From Bacillota bacterium (GTDB lineage: Bacteria; Bacillota; Clostridia; Caldicoprobacterales; DTU083), in NCBI GenBank assembly GCA_029777885.1, contig JAKORJ010000193.1:1-56908 (forward strand): a DNA stretch of 56,908 bases. The letters are read 5' to 3'. A program made the translations under genes and the position numbers. The notes beneath the pieces were generated by a model that made no database searches, was not told the DNA's origin, and was given only the letters and a program-made list of their open reading frames with translations. Each line of letters starts with the position of its first letter. Position 1 is the stretch's first letter. Of this stretch, positions 33,224 to 42,544 are shown one piece after another.

Positions 33224-33616
33224 TCAGGTTTTCTTTACGAATGCCGTCCTGCATACAGGGCAGGTGACCCTGACCTTCCCCTTGCCCCTGGGCACCCGCA
33301 AGCTCCTGCCGCAGCCGGCGCACTTGAAGTATTTATATCTCCTGAGATCCTTGATCCGGCGTACAGCCTGCCTGAACCACCTGCTGACAGGGTCCCATAG
33401 CTTCAGGAATACCAGGTTTTCCTGCGACCGCTTGTATATGCGGCGGGACAATACCCTGAAGTATGCATAGGCGAATAGGAGCAGCGATACGACCGCGAAA
33501 TAGGGCCAGCCTGTGATCGAAGACAGCAGGAGGAAAAACATGCTGAGCACGATCAAGGCCACATAAAGCTGGTCAACGCCGTATCTGCCGGTCATGAACC
33601 TTCTGAACCAGTCCAA
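33224..33616 (-). CDS. Membrane protein with C-terminal zinc ribbon
   Basis: Two TM segments followed by FKCAGCGRSLRVPRGKGKVRVTCPVCRTAF. Confidence 0.55.
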   Translation of the reverse strand: MDWFRRFMTGRYGVDQLYVALIVLSMFFLLLSSITGWPYFAVVSLLLFAYAYFRVLSRRIYKRSQENLVFLKLWDPVSRWFRQAVRRIKDLRRYKYFKCAGCGRSLRVPRGKGKVRVTCPVCRTAFVKKT

Positions 33617-33761
33617 CTATCGTCACCCTTTGCGATATGTATATAAGTGTCAAATTAAGTTTAGCATATCGTCAGGCATTTATCCAGTTACTGAGTTTTT
33701 TTTTCTCGAGGAGTTTTGGGTATGCTAATGTATGTTAAATATGCATAGGGAGGGGATCAAT

Positions 33762-34322
33762 GTGGATTTTATAAATGTCATGATGGGTGAGCACAAGGCC
33801 ATCAGGCGCATGCTCAAGGTGATGAGGAAGGCCTGCCTGGATGTGTTTGAGAGAAAGCCTGTCGACTATTCGGACTTCCACAAGATTATCGATTTTATCA
33901 GGGGTTATGCGGACCGCCACCACCACGGCAAGGAGGAGAGGCTGCTTTTCGACTGTATGCTCAAGGAGCTGGGACCGGTCGCAGACACGCTCATAAGGCA
34001 CGGGATGCTGGTCGAGCACGAATTGGGCAGGCTGCATGTGAAGGATATGGAGGAGGCCCTGGAAAGGATCGAGCAGGGAAGCGAGGAGCATAAAGTAGAT
34101 CTGATTGCAAATGCGCTGGCCTATACATACCTTTTGGGCAGGCATGCAGACAAGGAGGATATCGCCGTATATACATATGCCCTCAGGAACCTCGATGAAG
34201 CTTCCCTGGCGGAGCTTGAACGACAATGCAGTGAGCTTGAGAGAAACGCGGAAAAAGAGGGCGTGCAGGAAAAGTACCTGGGTCTGCTAAATAAGCTTGA
34301 GCAGAAATATGGCGTAATTTGA
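33762..34322 (+). CDS. Hemerythrin (HHE cation-binding) domain protein
   Basis: GTG at 33762 lies 6 nt after AGGGAGGGG. Motifs EHKAIRRML, YADRHHHGKEE and MLVEHELGR. Confidence 0.7.
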   Translation: MDFINVMMGEHKAIRRMLKVMRKACLDVFERKPVDYSDFHKIIDFIRGYADRHHHGKEERLLFDCMLKELGPVADTLIRHGMLVEHELGRLHVKDMEEALERIEQGSEEHKVDLIANALAYTYLLGRHADKEDIAVYTYALRNLDEASLAELERQCSELERNAEKEGVQEKYLGLLNKLEQKYGVI

Positions 34323-34382
34323 CTAAAATCTAGCAAGGCAATATAATAAGAAAAGAGCTGCGACAGAAAGGGTATCTGCAGT

Positions 34383-34871
34383 ATGATAAAGTCATTCCCG
34401 CCTATAGTCGATGAAAACTGCCGTGTGCTCATTTTGGGTACCATGCCGAGCGTAAGGTCGCTTGAAAAGGCGGAGTATTACGGGCATCCGCAAAATCATT
34501 TCTGGAGGCTGATCTACGGCCTCTTTGAAAAGGTCCCGGATAAGGAGTACAGCAAAAGGAAGGCTTTTCTCCTGGAACATCATATCGCCTTGTGGGATGT
34601 CCTGAAATATTGCGAGCGGGAGGGCAGCAGCGATACTGCCATCAAAAACCCTGTCCCCAACGACATTCCCGGCCTGCTTGCGGATTATCCCGGCATCAGG
34701 GCGGTATTCTGCGACAGCATCAAAGCGGAGGAGCTGTACAACAAATTAATCAGGGACGAGGTTATAGACTTTGGCATCGCATACCACAGGCTCCCCTCGC
34801 CAAGCCCGGCCCGGGTCATGAAATGGCAGGACAGGCTGGAGGAATGGAAGATCATACTGAAATACCTGTGA
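34383..34871 (+). CDS. DNA-deoxyinosine glycosylase (uracil-DNA glycosylase superfamily, family 6-like)
   Basis: FPPIVDENCRVLILGTMPSVRSLEKAEYYGHPQNHFWRLI matches the family N-terminal signature. The size (162 aa) is typical. Confidence 0.65.
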   Translation: MIKSFPPIVDENCRVLILGTMPSVRSLEKAEYYGHPQNHFWRLIYGLFEKVPDKEYSKRKAFLLEHHIALWDVLKYCEREGSSDTAIKNPVPNDIPGLLADYPGIRAVFCDSIKAEELYNKLIRDEVIDFGIAYHRLPSPSPARVMKWQDRLEEWKIILKYL

Positions 34872-34913
34872 ATTACAGCACTAATAGAGTTCTAGTGAAA
34901 GCGGGAGATGAGG

Positions 34914-35477
34914 ATGAGCATTGCGCCAACGAGGGAAAAGGCATGGGACCTTTTGACCAGGTACAACAAAAGCGAAAGCCATTTAAAGCATGCCCTGGCC
35001 GTTGAAGCGGTCATGAGGCATTTTGCTGGAAAATTTGGTGAGGACGAGGAGAAATGGGGCATAGTAGGTCTTATACATGACGTGGATTATGAGTTATATC
35101 CTGATGCCCATTGCGTCAAGGCACGGGAGATCCTTGAGAGCGAAGGCTGGCCTGAGGAATACATACGGGCCGTGCAGAGCCATGGCTATAATATCTGCAC
35201 CGATGTCAGGCCTGACCATGTCATGGAAAAGGTGCTCTACACCATAGATGAGTTGACAGGCCTTATCACTGCCACCGTGCTGATGCGTCCAGATAAGAAA
35301 ATTGAGGGACTTGAGGTCAAATCGGTAGTAAAGAAATGGAAGCAGAAGAGCTTCGCAGCAGGCGTCAACCGCCAGATAATAGGGGAGGGCGTCCGGATGC
35401 TCGGCATGGAGCTGAATGACATCATCGAGGATACGATCAAGGGCATGCAGAAGGCAGCACCGGCTCTTGGCTTGTGA
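34914..35477 (+). CDS. HD/HDIG-domain metal-dependent phosphohydrolase
   Basis: ATG at 34914 lies 7 nt after GCGGGAG. Motifs HLKHALAVEAVMR and GLIHDVDYE. Confidence 0.75.
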   Translation: MSIAPTREKAWDLLTRYNKSESHLKHALAVEAVMRHFAGKFGEDEEKWGIVGLIHDVDYELYPDAHCVKAREILESEGWPEEYIRAVQSHGYNICTDVRPDHVMEKVLYTIDELTGLITATVLMRPDKKIEGLEVKSVVKKWKQKSFAAGVNRQIIGEGVRMLGMELNDIIEDTIKGMQKAAPALGL

Positions 35478-35516
35478 TCCTGGCGCTTAATATGCAACAT
35501 AAGGGAGACGATACTT

Positions 35517-37133
35517 ATGCGTAGGTCCAAGAGGCTGGCTGCAGCAGCCCTTATTTTTTTTGTACTTACAGGATGTGTATCATGCAATCGGGCAGCAGAT
35601 CCAACTGATCCACCGGTTACAGGCCCGTCAATCGAACCTTCGACAGATCCGTCAAACAGCCAGGCTCCCGACCCGACAAGCGGTTCAACGGCCGATCTGG
35701 GGGATGGCCCCGGGACGGGCACAACAGCAAACCCGTCAGACGATCCCGATACCGGCTCATCGGTAGGACAGTCAGAGGATCCCGGGACAAAGCCAACAGG
35801 CGTACCGGTAAACCCGGGTGGGGATACAGGTGACCCCTCCGGCAATGCCCCCGGCTCATCCGACCCCGGAAATAACAGCGGATCAGCCTATGACAAGGTC
35901 GAACTGAAGGTTTCGGGATATCTGAATACTACAGCCTCTTCCCAGGTCAGGCTGCCTGACTCATTCAAGGGCGTCACGGTGTGTGGATATTCGATGAAAC
36001 TGGGCAACAGGTTCGTTCCCGCGGAAATCAGCATCAAAAACAATGTATTGTACATAAATCCTGCCGAGTACCTGAAGGATGGGAGCTATTATTCAATAAG
36101 GATCTTCTCTGTCGACAAGCAATACGAGCTGAGGCTCAGGGCTTACGATGTGAAGGATATAGATTTTTCGAAGAACTCGCTTTTCCTGATACCGGCAAAG
36201 CCCGAGAAGGGGTTCAACTACCCCTATTACCTAAGGGTCCCCAGGGGGGCGGACAAGAGTCAATATAAACGCCTCATGGTCGAGCCCAACAACTCGGGAC
36301 GGGTCAGTGATGACCTGGAGCTGCACCGGGAGCTTGCCAGGACAGCTGCCAAAGGCGCATGCCTGGGCTCGTCAACGGCAGAGGTGCTTGCCATGCCCTT
36401 CATCATGCCTGTGTTCCCCAGGCCCCTGACGGAATTCTGGGATAACTACTACCACACCCTGTCAAGGGACGTCATGGAAAAGACATCGGGGGACGGCAAA
36501 AGGGTGGACCTGCAGCTTATCGCCATGATAAAGGATGCCCAGGAGCTTTTGGCAGCCCATGGCCTGGTCCTGGAGAAAAAGGTGTTCATGACAGGCTTTT
36601 CGGCTTCTGGCCAGTTCGTTAACAGGTTCACCGTATTGCATCCTGACTGGGTCAAGGCGGTCTTCCATGGCGGCTTTACCATGTATCCCACTGATAAGCT
36701 CGGCGGCAATACCCTATATTTCCCCCTGGGCACGGCAGACATGAAAGAGTTGACCGGACAGGAGTTCAACCTTGTGGAGTATAAGAAGGTGGCACAGTTC
36801 GTATTTACCGGTGATCAGGATAAAAACGACAAGATAAACGAAACCGCCGAGGACTACAATGCGTATGACGCGAAGGTGATGCACGATCTGTACAAAACCG
36901 AGGATTGCATGGTCATATGGCAGAAAAAGGAGCAGTACATGAACAGCCTGGGCTTTGGCGGCAACATACAGTTCCATGTGTACAAGGGGATAGGACATGG
37001 CATACCTCCTGCTTCCATGCATGATGCCGTCAAGTTTTTCAAGGCGAACAACGGGGCTAAGATAACGAAGATCGATCCTATCGTAGATGCATGGTATTTT
37101 AACGGCGACGAATACTGGAGCTCCGGCAGATAG
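35517..37133 (+). CDS. Lipoprotein alpha/beta-hydrolase (esterase-like) with a low-complexity linker and Ig-like domain, paralog 1
   Basis: Lipobox VLTGCVS and a ~100-aa P/T/D/S/G linker. The Ig-like segment is NNVLYINPAEYLKDGSYYSIRIF. The catalytic triad candidates are GFSASGQF (Ser), FTGDQDKND (Asp) and KGIGHGI (His). Confidence 0.65.
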   Translation: MRRSKRLAAAALIFFVLTGCVSCNRAADPTDPPVTGPSIEPSTDPSNSQAPDPTSGSTADLGDGPGTGTTANPSDDPDTGSSVGQSEDPGTKPTGVPVNPGGDTGDPSGNAPGSSDPGNNSGSAYDKVELKVSGYLNTTASSQVRLPDSFKGVTVCGYSMKLGNRFVPAEISIKNNVLYINPAEYLKDGSYYSIRIFSVDKQYELRLRAYDVKDIDFSKNSLFLIPAKPEKGFNYPYYLRVPRGADKSQYKRLMVEPNNSGRVSDDLELHRELARTAAKGACLGSSTAEVLAMPFIMPVFPRPLTEFWDNYYHTLSRDVMEKTSGDGKRVDLQLIAMIKDAQELLAAHGLVLEKKVFMTGFSASGQFVNRFTVLHPDWVKAVFHGGFTMYPTDKLGGNTLYFPLGTADMKELTGQEFNLVEYKKVAQFVFTGDQDKNDKINETAEDYNAYDAKVMHDLYKTEDCMVIWQKKEQYMNSLGFGGNIQFHVYKGIGHGIPPASMHDAVKFFKANNGAKITKIDPIVDAWYFNGDEYWSSGR

Positions 37134-37189
37134 GCTCCTGCCATCCGGCACAGGTGATCCAGACAGCTGACGATACAGGAGGAAAAGAT

Positions 37190-38512
37190 ATGAAAACAGG
37201 CACCAGGATATGGCTCGCGACAGCCATGACATCGCTCATATTGCTGGCAGTCACAGCTCTTGCCGGCTCATCATCAACCTTTGAGACTATAAAGGCAAAT
37301 GGCACCTTGTATTCAACCAAGGGATCTGTCCTGACCCTGCAGACATCCATCGCAGAAGCTGATGTCGCAGGTATATCCATTGAGGATGCATCCGGCAATA
37401 TGAAGGCCTCGGAATTCCATCTGGAGGGGAGCAGGCTTTATATAAACCCTTCTAGGGATTTAGTCGGCGGCAAGGTCTATACGATAAAAGTATTCACGAG
37501 CAGCGGGAAAAAGTATCAGATCAAAGCAACTGCGAAGGACGATGTGAATATAAATCACAGCAAGGATAATGTCATCAAGATATCCGCAAAGCCTGAAAAG
37601 GGATACAACTATCCCTACTACCTGCTGATACCGAAGGGTACCCTGGAAAACAGTTTAAAAAAGTATATGGTCGTTGAGCCCAACAACAGCGGATATCCGT
37701 CCGATTCACTTACGTTTCATGAGATAGCTGTCAGGATCCATATGCATGATTATGGCTACACAACAGGTGGTGCAGGTGGCTACCAGGTCGCCACAGAACT
37801 TAAGACGCCGCTGCTTATGCCCGTATTCCCCCGCCCGACAACGGAGGATGGCGCCGGGATCTACACCCATGCCCTGGACAGGGAGGCTATGACTGTAACT
37901 GGTGCGGACTATGAGAGAGTCGATTTGCAGCTTATAGCCATGATAAATGATGCCAGGGCCCTGCTGGCTGATCATGGTATAGCGCTTGAGCAAAAGGTGT
38001 TCATGGTCGGTTTCTCAGCTTCAGGCGATTTCGTAAATAGGTTTATGTTCATGTACCCTGAGCTTGTGAAGGCGATTGCCTCCAGCACATCGACGATATT
38101 CCCAGCAGCTTCCTACGAAGGCGTTACCTTGAAATACCCCCTGGGCATCGCCGATATCAAGAGCTTTACGGGCAAGCCCTTCAACGCCGCAGAGTTTCGG
38201 AAGATCGCAAAATTTATATATACAGGTGACCAGGACCGGAATGACGAGGTCACGAATGAATGGGACAGGAATGGTCAAGAATATGTGGCCGCGATGCGCA
38301 GGCTGTTCGGCGAGGAGCTTTTCCCTGACAAGTGGAACAAGAAGATCGAGATCATCAACGACCTGGGTTATGGCGAAAGCTATCAATTCCATATATACAA
38401 AGGGATAGGACATGCGATCAGCTCTGGCATGTATGATGACATAGTCAGATTCTTCAAGGCGAATATGGGCAGTGAGATCAAGAAAATAACCCCGAAGGAA
38501 TATGCAAACTAA
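37190..38512 (+). CDS. Secreted alpha/beta-hydrolase (esterase-like) with Ig-like domain, paralog 2
   Basis: ATG at 37190 follows CAGGAGGAAAAG. It is collinear with paralog 1: GSRLYINPSRDLVGGKVYTIKVF, PEKGYNYPYYLLIP, GFSASGDF, YTGDQDRND and KGIGHAI. Confidence 0.65.
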   Translation: MKTGTRIWLATAMTSLILLAVTALAGSSSTFETIKANGTLYSTKGSVLTLQTSIAEADVAGISIEDASGNMKASEFHLEGSRLYINPSRDLVGGKVYTIKVFTSSGKKYQIKATAKDDVNINHSKDNVIKISAKPEKGYNYPYYLLIPKGTLENSLKKYMVVEPNNSGYPSDSLTFHEIAVRIHMHDYGYTTGGAGGYQVATELKTPLLMPVFPRPTTEDGAGIYTHALDREAMTVTGADYERVDLQLIAMINDARALLADHGIALEQKVFMVGFSASGDFVNRFMFMYPELVKAIASSTSTIFPAASYEGVTLKYPLGIADIKSFTGKPFNAAEFRKIAKFIYTGDQDRNDEVTNEWDRNGQEYVAAMRRLFGEELFPDKWNKKIEIINDLGYGESYQFHIYKGIGHAISSGMYDDIVRFFKANMGSEIKKITPKEYAN

Positions 38513-38614
38513 TTCCTGTTGAATACCTCTTGTGTATATGTTACATTTATAATACATGACATTATGTAAACTATACAAAAGCTGCACAGGAGGTAATTCA
38601 AGGGGGTTTTATCA

Positions 38615-39844
38615 ATGGAGATCACCAGGCTTTTGGATTTTGAATCCAAAGGCTGCTTCGATTTTTTTCTGGCTGAAGCCAACAGGGATAAGGAAAGTCC
38701 GGGCTTTGGGCTGATCAGGGACAGAGCTCCGGACTTTCATAGTATGGCAAGCATAGCGTCAACGGGCTTTGGCCTGACTGCATACGTGATCGGTGCTAAC
38801 CGGGGCTGGATCTCCCGTGACCTGGCCCGGGATCTGGCATTAGGCACCCTGGATACACTGCTGCATAAGGCGGAGCATATCCACGGGTTTTTCTATCACT
38901 TTATGCATATGGATACAGGCAAACGATACATGAGCAGCGAAGTCTCCGTAATAGACACTGCCATTGCCGTGTGCGGCGCAATAACGGTCGGTGAGTATTT
39001 TGGCGGGGAAGTCGCCGAAAAGGCTGCCCGGCTGTATGAACGCATCGACTGGGGCTGGTTCAGGGACGAAAGGAAAAACCGGTTCTACATGGGCTACACC
39101 CCGGAAAAGGGCTTTTCCGGCTGGTGGGACTTTTATGCTGAGCAGCTCATGATGTATGTATTGGCAGCCGGTTCTCCCACTCACCCGGTGCCCGGAGACA
39201 TGTTCTACTCCTTCAACCGGCATATTAGCAGGGATACCAGGCCTGAGTTCATCCACTCCTGGTTCGGGTCATTGTTCACCCACCAGTTTTCCCATGCCTG
39301 GGTCGATTTCAGGAACAAAACCGATAAATGGGGCGTGGACTGGTTTGAAAACTCGGTCCGAGCATCAATAGCCAACCGGGAATACTGCATCCGCATGAGG
39401 GCTTATTTCAAGACCCTCCATGCCCGTTCATGGGGCCTGACTGCCTGTGAAGGGCCCTGGGGCTACCAGGGCAGGTACGGGGCAGCGCCATCCGCCCTGA
39501 CGAACGATGAGCATTTGGTCGACGGCACAGTGCCACCTGCGGGTGCCCTGGGTTCGATCGTTTTCACGCCAGATGAGAGCATGGAAGCCCTTTTTTACTT
39601 TTACAGGGAGCATCCCGGGCTGGTCGGCCGATACGGGCTCAAGGACGCTTACAATCTCGATGTTACGCCTGCCTGGTATTCGCCCTATGTGATCGGCATA
39701 GACAAGGGCATAACCCTGCTCATGATCGAAAACTACCGCACAGGCCTTGTGTGGGACCTCTTCATGAGCAATGGATATGTTAAGAAAGGCATGAGGGAAG
39801 TAGGCATCAGTGACAAGCACTCGGTTGTAAAGGTCCTGGCCTAG
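38615..39844 (+). CDS. Cytoplasmic glucoamylase-family (PF10091-like, alpha/alpha-barrel) protein, putative beta-glucan hydrolase
   Basis: RBS AAGGGGG and no signal peptide. GFGLIRDRAPDFHSMASIASTGFGLTAYVIG and the size recall the family that includes GH144 endo-beta-1,2-glucanases. Confidence 0.5.
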   Translation: MEITRLLDFESKGCFDFFLAEANRDKESPGFGLIRDRAPDFHSMASIASTGFGLTAYVIGANRGWISRDLARDLALGTLDTLLHKAEHIHGFFYHFMHMDTGKRYMSSEVSVIDTAIAVCGAITVGEYFGGEVAEKAARLYERIDWGWFRDERKNRFYMGYTPEKGFSGWWDFYAEQLMMYVLAAGSPTHPVPGDMFYSFNRHISRDTRPEFIHSWFGSLFTHQFSHAWVDFRNKTDKWGVDWFENSVRASIANREYCIRMRAYFKTLHARSWGLTACEGPWGYQGRYGAAPSALTNDEHLVDGTVPPAGALGSIVFTPDESMEALFYFYREHPGLVGRYGLKDAYNLDVTPAWYSPYVIGIDKGITLLMIENYRTGLVWDLFMSNGYVKKGMREVGISDKHSVVKVLA

Positions 39845-39945
39845 AGCACCTATCCAGGGTTGTACTATCAAGGTATTTTTATAGTATAATGGACATATAA
39901 AGATACTTTGGCAGATATAGAGATTTTATCACAGGGGGTGCGATT

Positions 39946-40827
39946 ATGTTGGATTTTATGGCGGAAATTATGGAATTCGTGGTATCGCTGCGAAATCCTG
40001 TCCTGGACTTCATTTTCACCCTGATAACCATGATAGGCGAGGACATATTCTTTATCCTGGTCGTAGCCTGGTTTTACTGGTGCCTGGACAAGGACTTCGG
40101 CTACAGGCTAGGCTTTGCCTACATGACCAGCGGGTTTATAAACGTGTGGATAAAGGAGCTCATGCGGATCCCCCGCCCCTTCGAGGTACTGGACATAGAA
40201 CCAATGCGCATCGAGACTGCCGGCGGCTATTCCTTTCCCAGCGGGCACACCCAGCAAGCATCTGCGCTGATCATGTCCCTCATGTTGAAGCTTAAGAAAA
40301 GATGGCTTTACGTTACGGGGACCGCAGTGATCATCCTTGTTGCATTTTCCAGGATCTATCTCGGGGTACATTGGCCTTTTGACGTGCTGGCAGGGATCGC
40401 AGCTGCCTTTCTTTGCGTCATGTATTCCAACTGGCTGTATGATGTGTCTAAAAAGAAAAACATGCCGGAGCTGCTCGCTGCCCTTATCATACCAGCGATT
40501 GCAGGCATGTTCTATTTCCGGACGGAAACCTACTACAAGGTAGCGGGCACAGTGGCCGGCCTGTGGCTGGGCTGCGTCGTGGAGACAAGGTTTATCGGCT
40601 ACAGGACCGAGGGCCCGTTATGGAAGCAGATCATAAAATATGTTGTCGGCCTGGCAGGCCTGCTGGCCATCAAGGAGCTGGGCAAGCTGGTGTTGCCCGT
40701 ATTCCTGTTCAGCGACTTTTTCAGATACTTCCTGATGGGGATTTGGATGACCATCATTGCACCGCTCTTGTTCAGGTTTGTCCTCGGCGAGGCGAAGACG
40801 TCTGCGACTCCGGACATCCAAGTATAA
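39946..40827 (+). CDS. PAP2-family phosphatase (membrane)
   Basis: The three PAP2 motifs are KELMRIPRP, SFPSGHT and SRIYLGVHWPFDV. Confidence 0.85.
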   Translation: MLDFMAEIMEFVVSLRNPVLDFIFTLITMIGEDIFFILVVAWFYWCLDKDFGYRLGFAYMTSGFINVWIKELMRIPRPFEVLDIEPMRIETAGGYSFPSGHTQQASALIMSLMLKLKKRWLYVTGTAVIILVAFSRIYLGVHWPFDVLAGIAAAFLCVMYSNWLYDVSKKKNMPELLAALIIPAIAGMFYFRTETYYKVAGTVAGLWLGCVVETRFIGYRTEGPLWKQIIKYVVGLAGLLAIKELGKLVLPVFLFSDFFRYFLMGIWMTIIAPLLFRFVLGEAKTSATPDIQV

Positions 40828-40891
40828 AATCGCATTAGCCTGGTATCTATGTTTGGATTAGCCTGTGACTGTAGCCATGCTTAGAAGCGCT

Positions 40892-42523
40892 TTATAGATA
40901 GTTTATATCCTTTCCGAGCTCCTTGAGCATGTTGACGTACAGGATCAGCTCTTCCCGGGAAGTTACGTTGAGCTTGGCATAGATCCGCTTGCTGTGAGTC
41001 TTGATCGTGTTGATGCTGAGGTACAGGGTGTCAGCTATCTCCTTGGCGCTCAGACCCTTGGCGTACAGGTTGAACACATTCCGCTCTGCGGGGGACAGCT
41101 TGTTGACGTTCTCCAGGAACTCATCGAGCATGGCAATTGAGCTGTCCTGGAGTCCTCCGTTTTTGGCAAGCTCCTTCCTGCGGGACATAAGATACGCTAT
41201 CAGGTCATCTATCTCAGTGATCCTGGTCTTGGGGACGGATTGAAGGTCATCGGACTTGATCGCGTCTATGCCTTCTGAAATGGGCTGGATGAATTTTCTG
41301 CTCAGGGCATAGGATACGGCCATGCCGGCTATGACAAGCATCACAAGCCCGAAATACAGGGTGAAGTTTAGCCTTGTGATGTGGTTCACCATATCCTCCC
41401 TGGGGACCAGGACGGCGGTCGCCCATTTGTCAGCGGCAAATACCGAATCATCTGGGTACAGGCGGATCTCCTTGTGCTTGCCTAGGTAGTATTTATCGGC
41501 CTGCTGCTCATACACCCACAGGCCACCGCTCGTATCGGCCAACTCCAGCCTGGGGCTGCCGGATGAGTAGGCCCTGGCTGAGTATCCGCCCGCGAAGAGG
41601 GAGTTGCTCATGTTGAGAAAATTGCCGTGATAAGGTGACAGGGTGCAGAAGATCCGCTTGAAGATGCTGGTATCAGGCATGTAGGACAGCTTGAACAGCA
41701 TTGAGCTCAGCTCAAACCCGCATACGCCGAAGACATCCCCATTGGAATCAACAAGCGGGACAGAGATCAAGATGACCTCTTCACTGGTGCCAGGAAGGAA
41801 GAATGCAGGAGCCCAGTAGTACAGCTGGGAAAGCTGTTTGCCCCTATTCTCAAGGGCTGCCTGAATGGGTACATGGTAATAGGGAGCATCGCTGACGTCG
41901 AACTCCATCTTCCACTGGGTGTGGAGGGCGAATCCCCTTTCCCTGCTGCTCGAGGGATAGCCACGAAGGGTGACTATGGTTGGTGACGAGGAGCTTATGA
42001 TGTTAGGCTCCATATTTTTTATATACAGGCCTGCCTTGGAATTTTCCGCAAAATCCAGCAGGGGGTTTATGGTGGCATCCAGGATGAAAAAGGCCCCGCT
42101 GCATTTTGATGTCAGGAGATAAAAATAGGCATTGTCGAACTGGGAATCCGTTATCCTTTCCAGGTGCTCAGGATGAGCAGCAAGCTCGGCCGGGGTGATC
42201 GAGAGATTGCCCAGCTCATGCTCTATGCTCCTGGTCAGCGACTTTGAAAACTCCACTGCCTGGGCCGAAAGCTGGCCGAGATTCTTGGACATGTTCTGGT
42301 GGACATGGTTCAGCTCCTTGGTCAGCAGGGTCTCGCTTTCCAGCAGGCCGGCAGTGAACTTGCCGGTCGCAAGCAGGACCGCGATGACCCCGAGTATCAT
42401 GGTCAATACCAGGACAGTAAGCAAAAGAAATAATTTGATGCGCATTGACATGTTCAATGCGCTTATTTTATTTGCTGCATATTCCATTTTGCTTGCGATA
42501 GCCGGGCGGCTGGGGGCTTTCAC
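40892..42523 (-). CDS. Membrane-spanning one-component regulator: TM, extracytoplasmic Cache-like domain, TM, then LuxR-type HTH
   Basis: GTG start lies 11 nt after AAGGAGG, directly downstream of the SBP stop. TM1 is IKLFLLLTVLVLTMILGVIAVLLAT and TM2 is FTLYFGLVMLVIAGMAVSYAL. The C-terminal LuxR HTH is LSPAERNVFNLYAKGLSAKEIADTLYLSINTIKTHSKRIYAKLNV. Confidence 0.8.
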   Translation of the reverse strand: MKAPSRPAIASKMEYAANKISALNMSMRIKLFLLLTVLVLTMILGVIAVLLATGKFTAGLLESETLLTKELNHVHQNMSKNLGQLSAQAVEFSKSLTRSIEHELGNLSITPAELAAHPEHLERITDSQFDNAYFYLLTSKCSGAFFILDATINPLLDFAENSKAGLYIKNMEPNIISSSSPTIVTLRGYPSSSRERGFALHTQWKMEFDVSDAPYYHVPIQAALENRGKQLSQLYYWAPAFFLPGTSEEVILISVPLVDSNGDVFGVCGFELSSMLFKLSYMPDTSIFKRIFCTLSPYHGNFLNMSNSLFAGGYSARAYSSGSPRLELADTSGGLWVYEQQADKYYLGKHKEIRLYPDDSVFAADKWATAVLVPREDMVNHITRLNFTLYFGLVMLVIAGMAVSYALSRKFIQPISEGIDAIKSDDLQSVPKTRITEIDDLIAYLMSRRKELAKNGGLQDSSIAMLDEFLENVNKLSPAERNVFNLYAKGLSAKEIADTLYLSINTIKTHSKRIYAKLNVTSREELILYVNMLKELGKDINYL

Positions 42524-42544
42524 GTCCTGCTGATCCTCCTTGGA

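Noticed and set aside
33120-33470. 116-aa plus-strand ORF
   Set aside because: It overlaps the better-supported minus-strand gene 33224-33616, which has TM helices plus a zinc ribbon. The plus-strand ORF has no RBS.
35237-35845. 202-aa minus-strand ORF rich in P/G/S/V
   Set aside because: It is the mirror image of the P/T/D/S/G low-complexity linker of the lipoprotein esterase and the end of the HD gene. The open frame is caused by the composition.
35590-35880. Apparent nucleotide-level repetitiveness, considered as a tandem repeat or contingency locus
   Set aside because: It encodes an imperfect P/T/D/S/G linker after the lipobox. There is no exact repeat unit, which is typical for lipoprotein tethers.
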